Assembly: GCA_000934665.2 (NCBI GenBank)
Contig: KZ538612.1
Span: 1 to 63,155, forward strand
Direction of reading: 5' to 3'
DNA: 63,155 nt
Origin: Catajapyx aquilonaris
Taxonomy: Eukaryota
In this document: one piece after another, positions 37,065 to 48,009 of the stretch
How the letters are laid out: each line of letters opens with the position of its first letter
Position numbering within the stretch: position 1 is the first letter of the stretch
Notes under the pieces: generated by a model
Seen by the model: the letters and a program-made list of their open reading frames with translations, nothing else
Told to the model about the DNA's origin: nothing
Database searches by the model: none
Position numbers and translations under genes: made by a program

Positions 37065-40000
37065 GTTAGTGTTGGGAAACCATGTTCGAATGTGCCCTAT
37101 AGAATGCTTACACACTTGTTTGCTGTTAACAGGTACGTGGCCTATTGCATGCGTTATGTGAGCATGCTGCAGGCGCACAAAATTCATCCGATTATGGTTT
37201 TTGATGGGAGAAGCCTGCCATCCAAGGCGGGCACAGACAGGAAAAGGAAAGAGTAAGTGTTCCAGGTGGTTGCATTTGTTGAGTGGTTATAATTATAATT
37301 TGAACTTCACAGTTCTCGAGAGAGGAACTACCAGCAGGGTCAACAGTTTCTTACTGAGGGCAACAAGACAAAGGCCAGGGAGTGCTTCCAGAAGGCCATT
37401 TCAATCACATTCGACATGATTACAGAGGTTGTTACTTTATTATATTAATTATTAAATTATTTCGGGATGTTCCACCATTGAAGGTGTATCTTTGACCAAA
37501 GATTTATAATTGTTATTAATTGTTGGTTGAGGGTTACCAACAATGACTAACAAGGATGAATCCTCAGTTGAAAGTGTTCAGAGCCTTCAGCGGTCCAATG
37601 GGTCTTTACATGGTTACAGTACTTGCATGCAGCGATATTGTCATATAAGTGTGTAATTCTGGTAGGAGGGACCATCATGAGCAAAAAGATGGAGACCCTT
37701 GGTCCTGGATATATCAGGAGATTCCTGGAATGCCAGGTTGGTATAGAATGTTATCCTATAGCAGGGTGCTCAATCTTTTGGTAATCATAGGCCAATTTGA
37801 AAATTTAGTACACGTTGCAGGCCACACAATAGGCAAGACTTATACACTATATACCTCATTTATGCTCGAATTCAGGTGAAACAGAATGGGAAAATTTGTT
37901 GAACTTAAAACCAATTGCAGTGTTGTTCTGTGCTTTTTATTATAGAATTGCGAGTCTAATTTTTCAAAGTGAAATTGTTTCCTTTTCTAAATTAGACTCC
38001 ATGTAATAACTTTGTTTTGTAAACCAATGGGCCATTTTAAAGGAGACCAACTGCATTTTTATGCAAATTTTTTTTACAGTACAATCACCATGAAGGGAAT
38101 GAAGGATTCAGTTAATGAGAAGACTGACTCTGTTTAATTTTTCTCTAGCAATTCAATGTCAGGGTCTATTTCTGAATAAGCTAATGGGAGGAAGTGTTCC
38201 TTATGACAATCAGTAATATTTGTCCTCCATTTTGACTTGGAGTGCTTCATTCTGGAAAACAACTGCTCACATAAGCATGTGCTTCTAAAGAGCTCAAGAT
38301 TTTTGCCGCATACATTCTTAAGCTCACAAGTTTCCTCTTTCTGTATAACTTTGATAAAATTGTAGGAGAGGCATTTCATGATATTTGAATTTCAGGTCAG
38401 AGTTACATTGTAGGTCAGTGATTGACATATGGTGGTCCTCTGGAGTGTCCAGAGAGTGTCTCAGAGAATGGGTTAGTTACCTCATTCAGGACCCTTTCTT
38501 GCGTGCAGAAATCTTGGAATCTGTTGTGAAACTCTCTCTGAAGCTGAGATATCGCAGCTATATACAGGGTGTTCCAAGTTTGTGGGTCCTTTTAGTTGAG
38601 TTTAGTTTTTAAGATTTCTCTCAAAGCTGTTATTTTTTTTTGTAGCTTGTTGTGCCCCAGTCCAGGTGCCCTATTCTATAGCCAATGCTAATTTGACCAT
38701 CTGAAAGTACTGAGGCTCCTGGATTGGGGCACGACAAGCTACACAAAAATAACTACTTCGGGCAGTATCATTGATGACTAAAAATGACCCACGAACTTAG
38801 AACACCTTGTATAAAGCAGCGTATACTGCAGACTGCCATTTCATCATTATTTGAAAATTAGTTAAATTTTGGTTTTCAACTTGGCACTTTTTTTAAAAAT
38901 AATTATAATAATTGGGTATAGGCGTACCCCTATTGGGGTCTTGCCGGACCTTTATTAATCGTCAGAATACAATTGGATCCTATTTATACAGCGCCCGGGC
39001 CCACGGGCAGGAAGGGATGACAGGAGGGGATGTGCAAGTGCAGTGCCTTGTCCGCATGTGGTTGTTTTGTGAGCTCCCCCAGGTGGATTAGTCTGTGGAT
39101 ATTCCACCCGAGACGAAGTCAGAGACGACACTTTACTCTGCATGAGATGGAGGGGGTGTCCCCGGGTTGGGATCGAACCCGGGACCTTAACATCCGTGGG
39201 CGCGAACGTTACCGTTGCGCCACTTCGCCTCCCCTCAAGTTGGCACTTAAAATTGTTGTCATTTCATCTGAAATGCTTTGATGTGATTGAACAGGACATA
39301 AAGTAATTGATTCTTTGATCAAAGCTTCATGTGAAGAAATGTCTGTCAGGAAGGCAAAGTCAGTCAACCACTTTTTTTTTTTTTTTTTAATGTTTTTAAA
39401 TTTTTTATTTACCCCGTGATAGAGCCCGTGGCTCTCTTAGGGGGGAAGGGGGTGGTTCCCTAGGGAGGGCACTGAAATTTTTAGTCATTTCTGACTTACG
39501 AAAATACACCAGGCCTTTTCTACTGGCCCCGGGCAGATAGGGAGTGCAATTCTGCCCCGGCATGTCGGGTGAAAATCGGAAAAAGACCTGGCCAAGCAGA
39601 GGTGACGGGGACGGGATTTGAACCCCGGCCTCCCGCTTGGCTGGCCAACGGCGTAACCGTTGACCACCATGCCGCCCCTTTCAGTCAACCACTTTGGATC
39701 ATCCAACTCTGATTCTGACATGTCTTTTGCTGTCATTAACTCTTGGATTGTTTTATTTTGTGGCATTATGTAATAATAATATTTTTGGGGGCCACAATGA
39801 AAGGTCTTGCGGGCCATGGGTTGAGCACCCCTGTTCCACAGTGTCACACTTGAATACCAGTTATACCTGGTAGCCAAAGTTGCCTTGGCTCCTCCAATAA
39901 TGAACCAAACCTTTAACAAGTTGTCTCCATCTTTTTGCTCAGAAAGGTACAAATAATGTAATTATATGTACTGTATGATCAGTGGGCACATTTTGAGGTT

Positions 40001-43000
40001 TGCCTAACCCTAACAGGCACATGTGGTGATTGGCTATGTAATTTTATTATAAGCTGCTGCTGGGTTATCAGAGGAAGCCCACCATCAGTTTTGAGAAACT
40101 TCTTGAATAACATTTAAAGTACCGGTAACTTTTTGTCATTTTCAACAAGAAGCCTGTTGCAAATGGTGTTATGCATCAGATAATGGGAATGAGCCAGGCA
40201 AGTCTCTTAATCAATCCTGGTGCCACACCTTCCCTATTTGTTCCTGTCTCTGCAACGCAGCATATTGCCTGTTTTCAAGATAACAATTATTAATACAAGT
40301 GCAACTGCTATCCATTATATTGATTCAGGACACAGTAACTGTTTAATTTAATTTACACTGCAATTCTGATAGAATATAGCCCAGTAGCTATACCCCATCC
40401 CAGCCCGAAAAAACAATGGGAGAATGTAAAATGAATCTAGTAACAAATCTGATTTTGATTTTTTGGATCAACGCAAACCAGTGTTTGTTGCCATGATCAT
40501 TCTTTCTGTTCTGGCATTGCATTGAGTTTCTCTGCACTCCTCAATTAGGCTTCTTATCTGTCCATTGGCAACTGTGTTTGAAATGGTTTGATTTCCCCAT
40601 CAGGGCCGGTCATATAACTGTCAGTATTAAATGTTGCTAGTTCATCTCCTTCACTATCCTGACCACGGTCTTAGAAGGAGAGGTCGGGAAACTCGCCGCC
40701 ATTTTGCGTTCCGTTACTCAATCCCGCAGTGGCGCTGACTGGAGGTCGCCATGATGTGAACTGGATCGTGAACATCTCACATATTGCGGCCATCTTGGTA
40801 TACGCTATCGGTAGTAATCGGGAGGGGGGTCGCTGATAAACCTAGTAATCGGGAGGAGGGTTATGGCGAATGGAGTTGTTATGGCGAATGAACGACACGC
40901 ACAGCGAGATTCCATTGTTTTTACTAGCGCCGCTGCGGGAAGGAATAACGGATCGGCCTTTTCTATTGCGCTGGGATAGAAGTGTCCATGGGCTGATCCT
41001 GACTCATTACGCAGCCATTTTTTTCTCAGCTCTCCCAGACATTCACCATGATCATAAATCATGTGGATAGGACTAGCTGGTATACCTGTGTGCAGGGACA
41101 CACCAGGGAGGGAGAAAATGACACATTATTGGCAACATCTTTTTGGATTACTTTTTGCCATGTGGTTGTTGGTTGGATTGTTGATAGATGGGTACATGTG
41201 AGGTCATTTCTCAGCCAATCATGCCACCTGGATGTTGCTGTGGCAATTGAAGCTTAACATAGTGATTCTCTCATAAGTTGTATTTGGTACCCCTGCAGCT
41301 GCACTTAAGCAGGAGCACCAAGTTGATTTACTGCTCTTTAAATGATGTCTTTTGCACCACCAAATTTTTCTTCTTCTTTTCACAAGGTCATCACAGCTTG
41401 CCGTACAAGAGGAGTGGACTGCATTATAGCTCCATATGAGTCTGATGCTCAGCTTGCGTTTTTTTCCATGAAAGGCATTGCTAGTTTGGTTGTGACTGAA
41501 GACTCGGATCTCCTTTTATTTGGCTGCAGCAGTGTCCTCTTCAAGTTGGAGCTGAATGGAAATGGAGTACTGATAGAGCAGTCTAAGCTTCATCTGGCTC
41601 TAGATCAAAAAGCAGATGCATTTACATTTGCTAAGTTTCGCCATATGGGAATACTGTCCGGTTGTGACTATCTTCCTTCCTTGCCGGGAATAGGCCTCAT
41701 TAGAGCAAAAAAATTTGTCACTCGCACCTCAAGTCCAGATGTGCGGACTGCTCTGAAGAAGCTTCCATGGCAGTTAGGGATGCACCAACTGCAAGTGCCA
41801 AAGGAATATCAAGATGATTTTATAAAAGCTGACAACACTTTCTTGTATCAACTTGTTTATGATCCTCGAGCAAGAAGCCTTATTCCACTTACACCATATC
41901 CTGACGACATCAGTCCTGATAAGCTGAATTACTGTGGACAGTATGTGGATTCCATGACTGCATTCCAGATGGCGCTAGGGAACCTGAATGTCCGAACAAT
42001 GGAGAAAGTGGCAGATTTTGATCCGGATATGATGTCAGGACCCTCTATATGGAAATCAGACTCTCAGCCAAAGGTTGTGACTCCCAAACCTCATTTCCAA
42101 ACAGCCACTACTCGGGGTAAGGAGGTGCAGGTGACAGTACCACTACAATTACCAGCAGCTACGGGTGCGTCAGACCTAGTGGAAACATATGGGAAAAGAA
42201 AATGGAGAGGTAGTCATATGAAGGGTTCACGGAGTGTGAATGCTGCTTCCCTGAGCCCTGTATCAGGGTTGGCACGTGTGTCCCTCAGTGACAGAGGTGA
42301 CAAGGCTAAGGGGTTCGAGAAGGTGAACCCTTTTTTCAAGTCGGTTGAAAGCGAGATGAAAAACAATGACTCACCCAACCTTCGTGACAGCAAGACAAAG
42401 ATGCAGAATTTGTTTGAAGAGGACACAGTGGATGATACAGCTAGTACTAGCCAACTGACCGCAGAATTGGGTTGCAAACCCAAAGCAAACAAGACATCTA
42501 ATCCGTTTGCCAAGCCTGACAAAACACCTAGTCCTGTCAAGTCACCCGAAAGATTCAGTGCTTTGCACAAGTTCAACCAGCTTAGGAAGAAGACTGTGGT
42601 TGACCTGAGTAATGTCATAGAGAGCCAGTATTTTTATAGGTCAGAAACTAATCAGAGCAACAAATCCCCAGTGAAAGTATCACCAAACAAAGAAAATGAA
42701 GATGATGATCTAAGCAGTAGCAGTGTTGTTCACCGTACGTTTGAAAGTCTGGCCTCCATTCAGTATGGACAAGATTCAGCAAAGTCTGACGGAGAACAGC
42801 CCCAAGATGCAATAGGTACAGCTCATCCTGGAGTCGGCGGTCTAAATGTATTCAAGTGGAGCAAGTCAAACACTTCACCAACAGTGAGTGTTGTCTGTAA
42901 AACACTAGCAATGTCTTGGTGCATAAAGGAGGGGTTCAAGGGTTTGTTTGCCATGTTGCCCAATAATTATCAGGGGAGATTTGAGCTAATAATACCATAA

Positions 43001-43397
43001 ACAAAGGGGAAATTTGGTTTTTCCTTATCATTAACTTGAATAGTGCAAATCATATTAAAATATTGCAATATTGTTTTTTTTTCTAATGGCCACAAAGAGT
43101 ATTGAAAGGTGCACAGGGGAGACGGAGTGGCGCTGCGGTAACGTATGCGCCCACAGATGTTCAGCTCCAAAGATGTGTATTCCAACTTAAAAGCACACCC
43201 AAATCATTCAGGTAGTCTTACAGCACTCACTTTAAATGAATATGCTATTGTTCCAGGCTTCACCTTTTGGTTCTGGTATGATGCAGCCTGGTCGAGGCAG
43301 GCGTCCTGGTCTATCCAGGCGAGGTGCATTCAACTCACCAAAGACTGACCAGAGACAGAGGAGCCTGACAGACATGTTTCCATTCAAACCCAAGTAA
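36904..43397 (+). CDS. EXO1: Exonuclease 1 (XPG/Rad2 family; tosca-like), ~677 aa
   Basis: Exons 36904-37064, 37133-37252, 37313-37427, 41387-42883, 43257-43397 join in frame. XPG-N ([21 protein letters not shown]), XPG-I ([17 protein letters not shown]), H3TH ([14 protein letters not shown]) and a PIP-like QRSLTDMF near the C-terminus. An alternative end at 43467 is possible. Confidence 0.95.
37133..37252 (+). CDS. EXO1: EXO1 exon 2
   Basis: [12 protein letters not shown]...[19 protein letters not shown] donor. Confidence 0.93.
37313..37427 (+). CDS. EXO1: EXO1 exon 3
   Basis: SRERNYQQG...[18 protein letters not shown]. Confidence 0.9.
38564..38809. mobile_element. Mariner-type MITE, uninterrupted copy of 8933-9729
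   Basis: CAGGGTGTTCCAAGTTTGTGGGTC end identical to 8933. Confidence 0.82.
38890..39234 (-). mobile_element. tRNA-derived SINE (6748 family)
   Basis: Head and body closely match the 6748 copy; 14-bp TSD TCAA(C/G)TTGGCACTT. Confidence 0.88.
39375..39680 (-). mobile_element. tRNA-derived SINE with A-rich tail
   Basis: 15-bp TSD TCAGTCAACCACTTT (39360-39374 / 39681-39695); B box GGTTCAAATCC. Confidence 0.88.
41387..42883 (+). CDS. EXO1: EXO1 exon 4
   Basis: Within ORF 41342-43000; polypyrimidine/AAG acceptor, ACA|GTGAGT donor. Confidence 0.93.
43257..43397 (+). CDS. EXO1: EXO1 exon 5
   Basis: [22 protein letters not shown]...[19 protein letters not shown] acceptor in phase 0. Confidence 0.8.
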   Translation, partial: ASPFGSGMMQPGRGRRPGLSRRGAFNSPKTDQRQRSLTDMFPFKPK

Positions 43398-44155
43398 GTT
43401 CTGTGCATGGGAATGCTTTGCTTAAAAATAAGTCGATATTTTATGTTTCAGAGATTCAAGCAAGTAATGTCAGAAGACCAAGAATCCAAGTTCATGTTAC
43501 TGCCTTGTGACGCTGCTGCAAGCGAAGGAGTGTGTGTGAGAGGAGGGGGGGGGGGGGGGGGTGTCAGTGCAATAGGTAATAATTTTTGTCAATGCCTTAT
43601 GATGTTTTAATACATAAAAGTATTTTACATGTGTTTGTTGCATCTTTCACGTATCCCTCACTACATGAAAAATATACTCAAAATTCGCCCTAGTTACAAA
43701 AGCTATTTATACATAAGACATTTTTTAAGTAGCTACCCCAAAGAGAAAACAATGAACTAAATAAAATCTCCAAACTAATGCTATTATGCCTCCCTGCGCA
43801 ATAAATCCTACATGCAGATGGCCATAAGGGTGCCTTGCTTTTGCATGGCATTTGACGGGACTTTTAACCCTTATGTCCATCTGCATGTAAGGCTTTCTTG
43901 CACAGGATGAAAAGTACATCTGGAGCTTCACTCTTGCATAGTTGTAAGGCTGTGATGGGAATTAAAATTCCTGCCTTAAAGGCAAAAACCTATACACTTA
44001 TCTATACAGTTTATGAATGATAAACCTGTCTAGAATTACAAACCCTCTACAAATTCCCTCAAATGTAACGTATCTGCATAAATATAGGACTATACGTGTC
44101 CTTTTTTCATTTTTCAGCCTGTAAGGCACTTGTTGGCACATCTTTATGAAGCGGT

Positions 44156-44370
44156 CTACAATTGGGTGGCTTTCTTCTTCCGAAACAAGCCAATGAACGA
44201 ACTTCCAGGCTTCCTCTCTCGTTCCTTTGGCGCTGCCGATGCGTCACTTTCAGAGGAGCTGTCACTTTTCCGGTGATGTCGATGTCGTGCATCACCTGAT
44301 GGTGGTGGCATGGAAGGTGGGAGCGACCCTGTTCTGGATATCAGTGGTGCACGGCTACCTGCTTGCTCCC
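44156..44370 (-). CDS. kst: beta-H spectrin terminal exon
   Basis: ...SDSSSESD...FIGLFRKKKATQL, then TAG. Confidence 0.8.
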
Positions 44371-47300
44371 CTGCATAAGACTGAAAAGAATACAGCGTGC
44401 CATGAACATATACAAGATGTAGGAAATGTGATTACAAAAACACAGCCGTGGCAGTGTCTCAGTCAAGTGAATGTGTGTCATCGGGACCTTGAGCTTGTCA
44501 GCTGCTCTCGTTTAAATTCACCCAATGGAACTTTCAGAAGGGAGACTGAGTGTGGCTGCTGCCCCCCCTTCCCTGGATGTATAGGTTTAGTGTTTTTACA
44601 TAATGACATTTTGGTTCCAACTCAAGTGCCTAAATCCATTTTCGTCTGTCCCTTTGAGTTAAACCACTGTGCAGCAATTCAAACTCTAATTCCTCACTGA
44701 TTGTAAGCTACCCCTGCATTTGCTTCAGAACAGTCTCACACCAACCACCCTTGCAGGGAGTCTAGTCAAAGATGGTTTTCTTTTAATCATGCAAAGCCTG
44801 TGTAAACATAGCAGACAAACATTTCTTGTCTGCCAGGAATAGAGTAGACCTAAGAAAGGGTGAAACTGTAGTGTGCAAAAAGGTAATAACAAAATTATGT
44901 ACACCCATGAAGGCAAAAGGCTTCTAAATTCCCAATGTCCACAAGATTTTGAAAACTCATTTGCTAGTCAGTTTGTATTTACTTTTGGAGTTTATCGATG
45001 TACTCATTGATCTAGTCTCTTGTAGCATAAGTTTTTTTTTCTCATGTGGATGTTTATTTTGTTGTTTTTTAAAGAGCGTTGCATACCAGCCTTTTTTTTC
45101 TCATTGGTGGAAAGTCTCAATATTTAGGGTTTCTTGTGTTTGAGTTTCATTATTGTGAATTGTACCCAAATTGTACCACAGCAGTAGTGGCCTACTTAAA
45201 AGAAAAAAAGTTCCTACCTGTCTTACAGGCTGTATGTTGCTGTACACTGAAAGTATTAAAAAAAGCAATTAGTCCAGTACTTTTTGGCTTACTGTTTTTT
45301 TAGCTGGTTATTATTAGTCACTATTATTTAGACGAACCATGAGGCTGAGCGAATCCATCATTAATGTCTTCATCCATGCTGAGTGAACGTCCATGTTGCT
45401 GCTGTTGTCGTGGTGCACCAGTTGGGGGTGCCGAGGATGGCAGTGGGGGGACTGTTGTTGTTAGTTAGGTTGTCAGTATTGTTAAAATGTCAAGCAGATT
45501 TCCACACCCAACTACTTTAGAAATCATATTTACCTTCATGTCCTAGTGATTCTCGACGTATCCATACATCTTGGTTCTGACCATTGTTTTGGGGCCTCTG
45601 ACCTGCTTGGTACGTCACATCAGGCAAACCTACAAACAAAAACATTGCATTCTTGTAAATGCATGGAACAGTAGCCTACTACAGAATCAAACAACACACA
45701 TTTGCTTTTCAGTGCTTATCCTAAGAAGGCAAGTGTGCAGTGATAGTATGTGGGTTGTCCAATAATTATTGGCAACACCGCTGTAATTTTCGTATCAGTA
45801 TGGGTACACACTGGAACATTTCACATTCCATAGCTGTAACCCTCAGCCATTTTTATAACATTTTTCCATATCCATGGAAAGCTTCAAACGCCGTCAGCAG
45901 CATTTTTTGTGGAGGCGTCACGCAGAGACCGCCCTAAGACATGCTTCCCTCTTACAAAAATTAAAGCCACATCTAACAAGGGAAGTGTAAGTGTTGTCCG
46001 TGGAGTTTCTGAATGAAACTTGGCACAATAATATAGGCAGGTAAGTTGTTAAAGAAAATGCAAACAATTTAGGCGGATGCCCACAAGGTCAAAAGTTATG
46101 ACCTCTCGAACTCACAAGGGACACTTTCCAAGGTCTCACAGATTTTCTTGAAATTCGGTACATTGGTAGGCCACCACAAGGGATGAAAAACGTACCTAAA
46201 GTGACCTGCTCAAAATGACCTGGTGACCCCTTTTTGGGGGCTACCAATGCACCGAAGGTCAAGAAAATGGGTGAGACCTTGGAAAGTGTCCTTGGTGAGT
46301 TCGAGAGGTCATAACTTTTGACCTTGTGGGCATCCCCCTAAATTGTTTGCATTTTCTTTAATAACTTACCTGCCTATATTATTGTCCCAAGTTTCACTCA
46401 AACTCCATGGACAACACTTACACTTCCCTTGTAGGATTCTAAGGGTTCCTTCATTTTTGCAGGTGATCGTAGTCACATGTACTCATGTCAGATTAATAAG
46501 GAGGATGTTGCAACAGCTCCCATTCCCATCTCTGAAGAAATTATCAGAACAGCAATGGCCACATGACCGCAAGGGTTGTCGTGGAAGACAATGGTCCCAT
46601 CTATAACAAATCCTTCCTCTTCAAGGCCCATTCACACAGGGCGTCGACCATTTTGTCTTCAGGCCCGTTGATGCCAACGACCAATCAGAGTGGGCCCTCA
46701 CTATCGACGAAACTGTCTCGACCAAGTCTGTTCGATTCTGTTTAAAAAACAATTAGAAATACGGCAGTAATCAGTTTATTTATTACGGCAGTACGGAGTG
46801 ACGTCACATCCTTTCTGTTCGAATTGACTGGCGCGGACTGGCAGATGCAGCATGGGTTGAACCTGGTTGAACGGCTTTTTAGCTTTATGGGTTGCACTGA
46901 AAAAGGCGCTCTCCTGCTATACCGGCAGGGTATTGTACACACTACTGTACAGTAGTACACTACTGTACAGTAGTACACTACTGTACAGTAGTACACTACT
47001 TTGTACAGTACCCTACCAGTATAGCATGAGAGGGCCTTTTTCAGTACAACCCGCAAGGCTAAAAAGCCCATCAACCAGGTTCAACCCATGCTGCATCTGC
47101 CAGTCCGCGCCAGTCAATTCGAACAGAAAGGATGTGACGTCACGCCGTACTGCCGTAATAAATAAATTGATTACTGCCGTATTTCTAATTGTTTTTTAAA
47201 ACCGACCGGGTTGTCGCCACCTACGATTTTTCCCCACCCGCTGGCGCGTGCGCTTGACCTGTGACTCTGAAACACCCTGTATTGTAAGCACATCGGATAT

Positions 47301-47963
47301 AAGCAAGTAGAAAGATCGGTCCGCTCACATTTCCCACAGTTGAAGTGCAGTTGAATCCGGACTTGTCTGCTATTATCTGACTGCACAAATCCTTATTCAG
47401 AACTGCACATTTGGCTTTTAGAACTGCACAAATTGTGTAGAACTGCATGCTACAGTAAGCCCTGAGTAGTAGTTCTTACCTAATCAGTGCGACTTTTGTG
47501 CCTGTTTCGAGTCACAATTTTTGGCTTCGCCCTGTGCCCCCCCTGCCATCCCTTCGCGCTCCCCCAGGGGACCACGCCCCACCGGTTGAGAACTGCTGGA
47601 CTAAGGCATATTGCAAATCCTGTACCAGGATCAAACAAAAATTTTGTGTACAAGTTCCTGCTGTAGCCAGGATCTCTGTGATAGGCTACTTTCACTGTGT
47701 ACTAAGATTCTGTGCAAATTCATGGCATTGGGTAGCATTTTGATATTTTATACAGCACTTTCAATCACACCTCTAGGCACCAGATCTCAAATTGAGCAGT
47801 TGAAAATAATATCTTGTTCTTAATGATCTTTTCCATCAACAACTAAACTCACCATCATTAACCCTGCCTTCTTGGAATACTTGTATCCGGTTCTGGACGA
47901 GAGACCCTTCATCTGGTGGCTTGTTATTCAAGCTACGAGGTGCAACTGATGGCAGGGGTGGCC

Positions 47964-48009
<46 letters not shown>

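Larger units (their letters stand above)
37762..39833 (-). mobile_element. hAT (SPIN/GTF2IRD2-type) transposase relic in EXO1 intron 3, interrupted by SINEs and a MITE
   Basis: [25 protein letters not shown] (hATC); [14 protein letters not shown] once the SINE is removed; CAGGG(G)TGCTCAA TIRs. Confidence 0.75.

Noticed and set aside
46941..46995. CRISPR-like palindromic repeat array
   Set aside because: Repeats are contiguous with no unique spacers, there are no cas genes, and the context is a eukaryotic intron.
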